Shown in pieces: positions 52,918 through 54,611 of a stretch of DNA of 54,611 nt (position 1 is the stretch's first letter; every line of letters starts with the position of its first letter). Made by a program: the position numbers and the translations under genes. The notes beneath the pieces were generated by a model, which was given only the letters and a program-made list of their open reading frames with translations, was not told where the DNA came from and did not search any database. Source of the DNA: an uncultured Candidatus Saccharibacteria bacterium (lineage in GTDB: Bacteria > Patescibacteriota > Minisyncoccia > Phycocordibacterales > UBA5272); the NCBI GenBank assembly GCA_964461165.1, contig CAYWTC010000001.1, positions 1 through 54,611 on the forward strand. Direction: 5' to 3'.

Positions 52918-53364
52918 TCAGATTAAGTTCATGCTACTTAAATAATCAGCAACCTTATCCTGCTGTCTTTTAACTCCGTCTTTTAGATTCACAAAATCTT
53001 GTGGACTTATTAAAAAATATTCGAGTCCTTCATCACCAAAAACGATATCAGTTTCTGTAATATCTAGTGGCTTAGTTATTATAAAATAAGCTTCCTTGTT
53101 TGGATCTAAAACACTCTGATATTTTTTTGATGAAAGTACATCTTCCTTTTCAACAGAGATTCCAAATTCTTCCATGACTTCTCTTCTAAAAGTTTGAAAA
53201 GGTGATTCATTATTTTCCCGACCCCCTCCCGGTAAATCTACCTGCAGTGGGAAGTTAGTAGTTTTCGTGTCACGTCTAAAAACAACTATTTTATCTCCAA
53301 TAAAAACAAGTCCTTTAACTCCATGGAAATTTACATCACTATTGAAAGTATTTTGATCAATCAT
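52918..53364 (-). CDS. NUDIX hydrolase
   Basis: Nudix box GGGRENNESPFQTFRREVMEEFGI. Confidence 0.85.
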   Translation of the reverse strand: MIDQNTFNSDVNFHGVKGLVFIGDKIVVFRRDTKTTNFPLQVDLPGGGRENNESPFQTFRREVMEEFGISVEKEDVLSSKKYQSVLDPNKEAYFIITKPLDITETDIVFGDEGLEYFLISPQDFVNLKDGVKRQQDKVADYLSSMNLI

Positions 53365-53369
53365 TTTTC

Positions 53370-54467
53370 TTAAATCTTAAATTCAATCACGTCTCCATCC
53401 TGCACAATATACTCTTTACCTTCTGTTCGTAATTTCCCTTGAGCTTTCGCTTCTGCGAAGCTTCCTGTGGTAACCAAGTCTTTACACGCAACAACTTCTG
53501 CTCTAATAAACTTCATCTCAAAGTCGGAATGAATAGCAGCAGCTGCCCGCGGTGCAGTCGAACCTTTTCTCATGGTCCATGCACGGGTTTCTTCTGGTCC
53601 TGTTGTAAGATATGTTTCAAGACCTAGCAAGTCATATCCCGCTTTGATGAGTCCATCTACCCCACTGTCATGAGCACCCAATTCGTTTCTCATTTCTTCT
53701 TGCTCAGCACCTTCGAAGTCTTTGAGCTCATCTTCAATCTTCGCATCAACAATCACATAGTGAAATTTGTTTGTTGTGAAGTAGGTAATCAATTTCTGAA
53801 AACGTTCGTCATTCATTTCATCCAAATTCTTACCGCCTGACTGCTTGTTAAGTACGTATAGAAATGGCTTCATTGTGATGAGATGAAGATCGCGTACAAG
53901 TTTCACTTCTTCTTCATCGAAAGAAGCAGAGTTTGCTAGTTTTTCTCCCGCAAAAGTTTTCTGAAGAATCTCAAGGCAGCTGTGTAGCTTAATAGCATCC
54001 TTATCTCCACGCTTCACGTCGCGACCGATTGTCTGAATGCGCTTATCGACTGTCGCCATATCTGCCAAGATGAGTTCCATGTTGATGATTTCAATATCAC
54101 GAAGTGGGTCTACTGTTCCTTCTACGTGGATGAGGTCAGCATTTTCATAGATACGCACCACTTCTGCAATAGCGTCTGTCTCACGAATATGTGACAGGAA
54201 CTGATTCCCTAGCCCCTGGCCTTCGGCGGCACCTTTTACCAAACCTGCGATATCGACAAATTCAATAACCGCTGGAAGAATTTTCCTCGACTGCGATATT
54301 GCGGCAAGCTGTGCGAGACGTGCGTCTGGTACAGGTACAGTACCAACAGAAGGGTCAATCGTACAAAATGGATAGTTATCTGCTGGTACCTGCTTTTTTG
54401 TAAGTGCGTTAAAGAGCGTTGACTTACCAACGTTTGGGAGGCCGACAATTCCGATAGATAGACTCAT
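53370..54467 (-). CDS. ychF: ribosome-binding ATPase YchF
   Basis: GIVGLPNVGKSTLFNALT and a C-terminal TGS-like VQDGDVIEFK. ATG 54467 preferred. Confidence 0.95.
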   Translation of the reverse strand: MSLSIGIVGLPNVGKSTLFNALTKKQVPADNYPFCTIDPSVGTVPVPDARLAQLAAISQSRKILPAVIEFVDIAGLVKGAAEGQGLGNQFLSHIRETDAIAEVVRIYENADLIHVEGTVDPLRDIEIINMELILADMATVDKRIQTIGRDVKRGDKDAIKLHSCLEILQKTFAGEKLANSASFDEEEVKLVRDLHLITMKPFLYVLNKQSGGKNLDEMNDERFQKLITYFTTNKFHYVIVDAKIEDELKDFEGAEQEEMRNELGAHDSGVDGLIKAGYDLLGLETYLTTGPEETRAWTMRKGSTAPRAAAAIHSDFEMKFIRAEVVACKDLVTTGSFAEAKAQGKLRTEGKEYIVQDGDVIEFKI

Positions 54468-54475
54468 AGCACAGT

Positions 54476-54484
54476 ATTCTAGCA
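54476..54484 (-). promoter_or_regulatory. extended -10 element (TGCTAGAAT) of ychF
   Basis: Lies 8 nt upstream of ATG 54467 on the minus strand. Confidence 0.5.
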
Positions 54485-54611
54485 TAAATCCTTTTGACGA
54501 ACATACTCATATCCTGTAGTATTGGCAACAGACCTATCACCGAGGAAGAACATGCCCGCATTTCGATACGCATTCGTAACGTGTCCGCTTGATGGAAGTG
54601 TTGCCATAGCG
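54479..54611 (-). CDS. 3' end of an unidentified gene running off the window edge
   Basis: One minus-strand frame is open from the window edge to TAG at 54479-54481 (...ATLPSSGHVTNAYRNAGMFFLGDRSVANTTGYEYVRQKDLC). Product not recognised. Confidence 0.3.
   Translation of the reverse strand, partial: AMATLPSSGHVTNAYRNAGMFFLGDRSVANTTGYEYVRQKDLC

Noticed and set aside
1-54611. Search by eye for CRISPR arrays, tRNA or rRNA genes, IS elements with terminal inverted repeats, integrases, and target-site duplications around the GC-rich cassettes.
   Set aside because: I found no regularly spaced direct repeats, no tRNA T-arm signatures (GGTTCGA or GGTTCAA contexts), no transposase-like or integrase-like ORFs, and no obvious flanking direct repeats. 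Absence by eye is weak evidence and should be confirmed with tRNAscan-SE, Infernal, ISEScan and repeat finders.

Overview
54.6-kb, gene-dense window from a low-GC bacterium. Hand-sampled backbone lines are about 33-40% G+C. The gene content and several compact enzymes (684-aa AlaRS, about 469-aa AspRS, about 312-aa MetK) suggest a small-genome CPR/Patescibacteria-like lineage, possibly Saccharibacteria-like; this is inference only.

The backbone is ordinary housekeeping:
- an AddA-like helicase-nuclease plus a Cas4-like nuclease
- TspO
- metK behind a SAM-I riboswitch
- lexA with its own SOS box, followed by a decayed Y-family polymerase
- a marR/MFP/RND efflux operon
- gltX-murG-ftsW-mraY-dac-scpB-scpA
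- aspS behind a T-box-like leader, then trpS
- grpE-dnaK-dnaJ
- rpsI-rplM-rplQ-rpoA-rpsD-rpsK-rpsM-rpmJ-infA
- alaS and ychF

I recognised no rRNA, tRNA, CRISPR array, transposase or integrase.

Two sequence-level patterns stand out.
1. Ten GC-rich cassettes hold 12 ORFs; 11 are unrecognisable ORFans and one is PurM-like. Sampled lines are 48-67% G+C. Each ORF has a canonical Shine-Dalgarno site and most have their own hairpin terminator. They sit in intergenic gaps of the backbone, and one appears to have truncated the SOS polymerase gene.
2. Backbone genes mostly lack SD sites. Instead they carry an extended -10 element (TGnTAnnnT) 6-10 nt upstream of the ATG, which implies widespread leaderless or near-leaderless expression.

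I cannot name a function for the cassette genes. The two-gene cassettes at 4912-6056 and 20714-22101 are the best candidates for an undescribed module.
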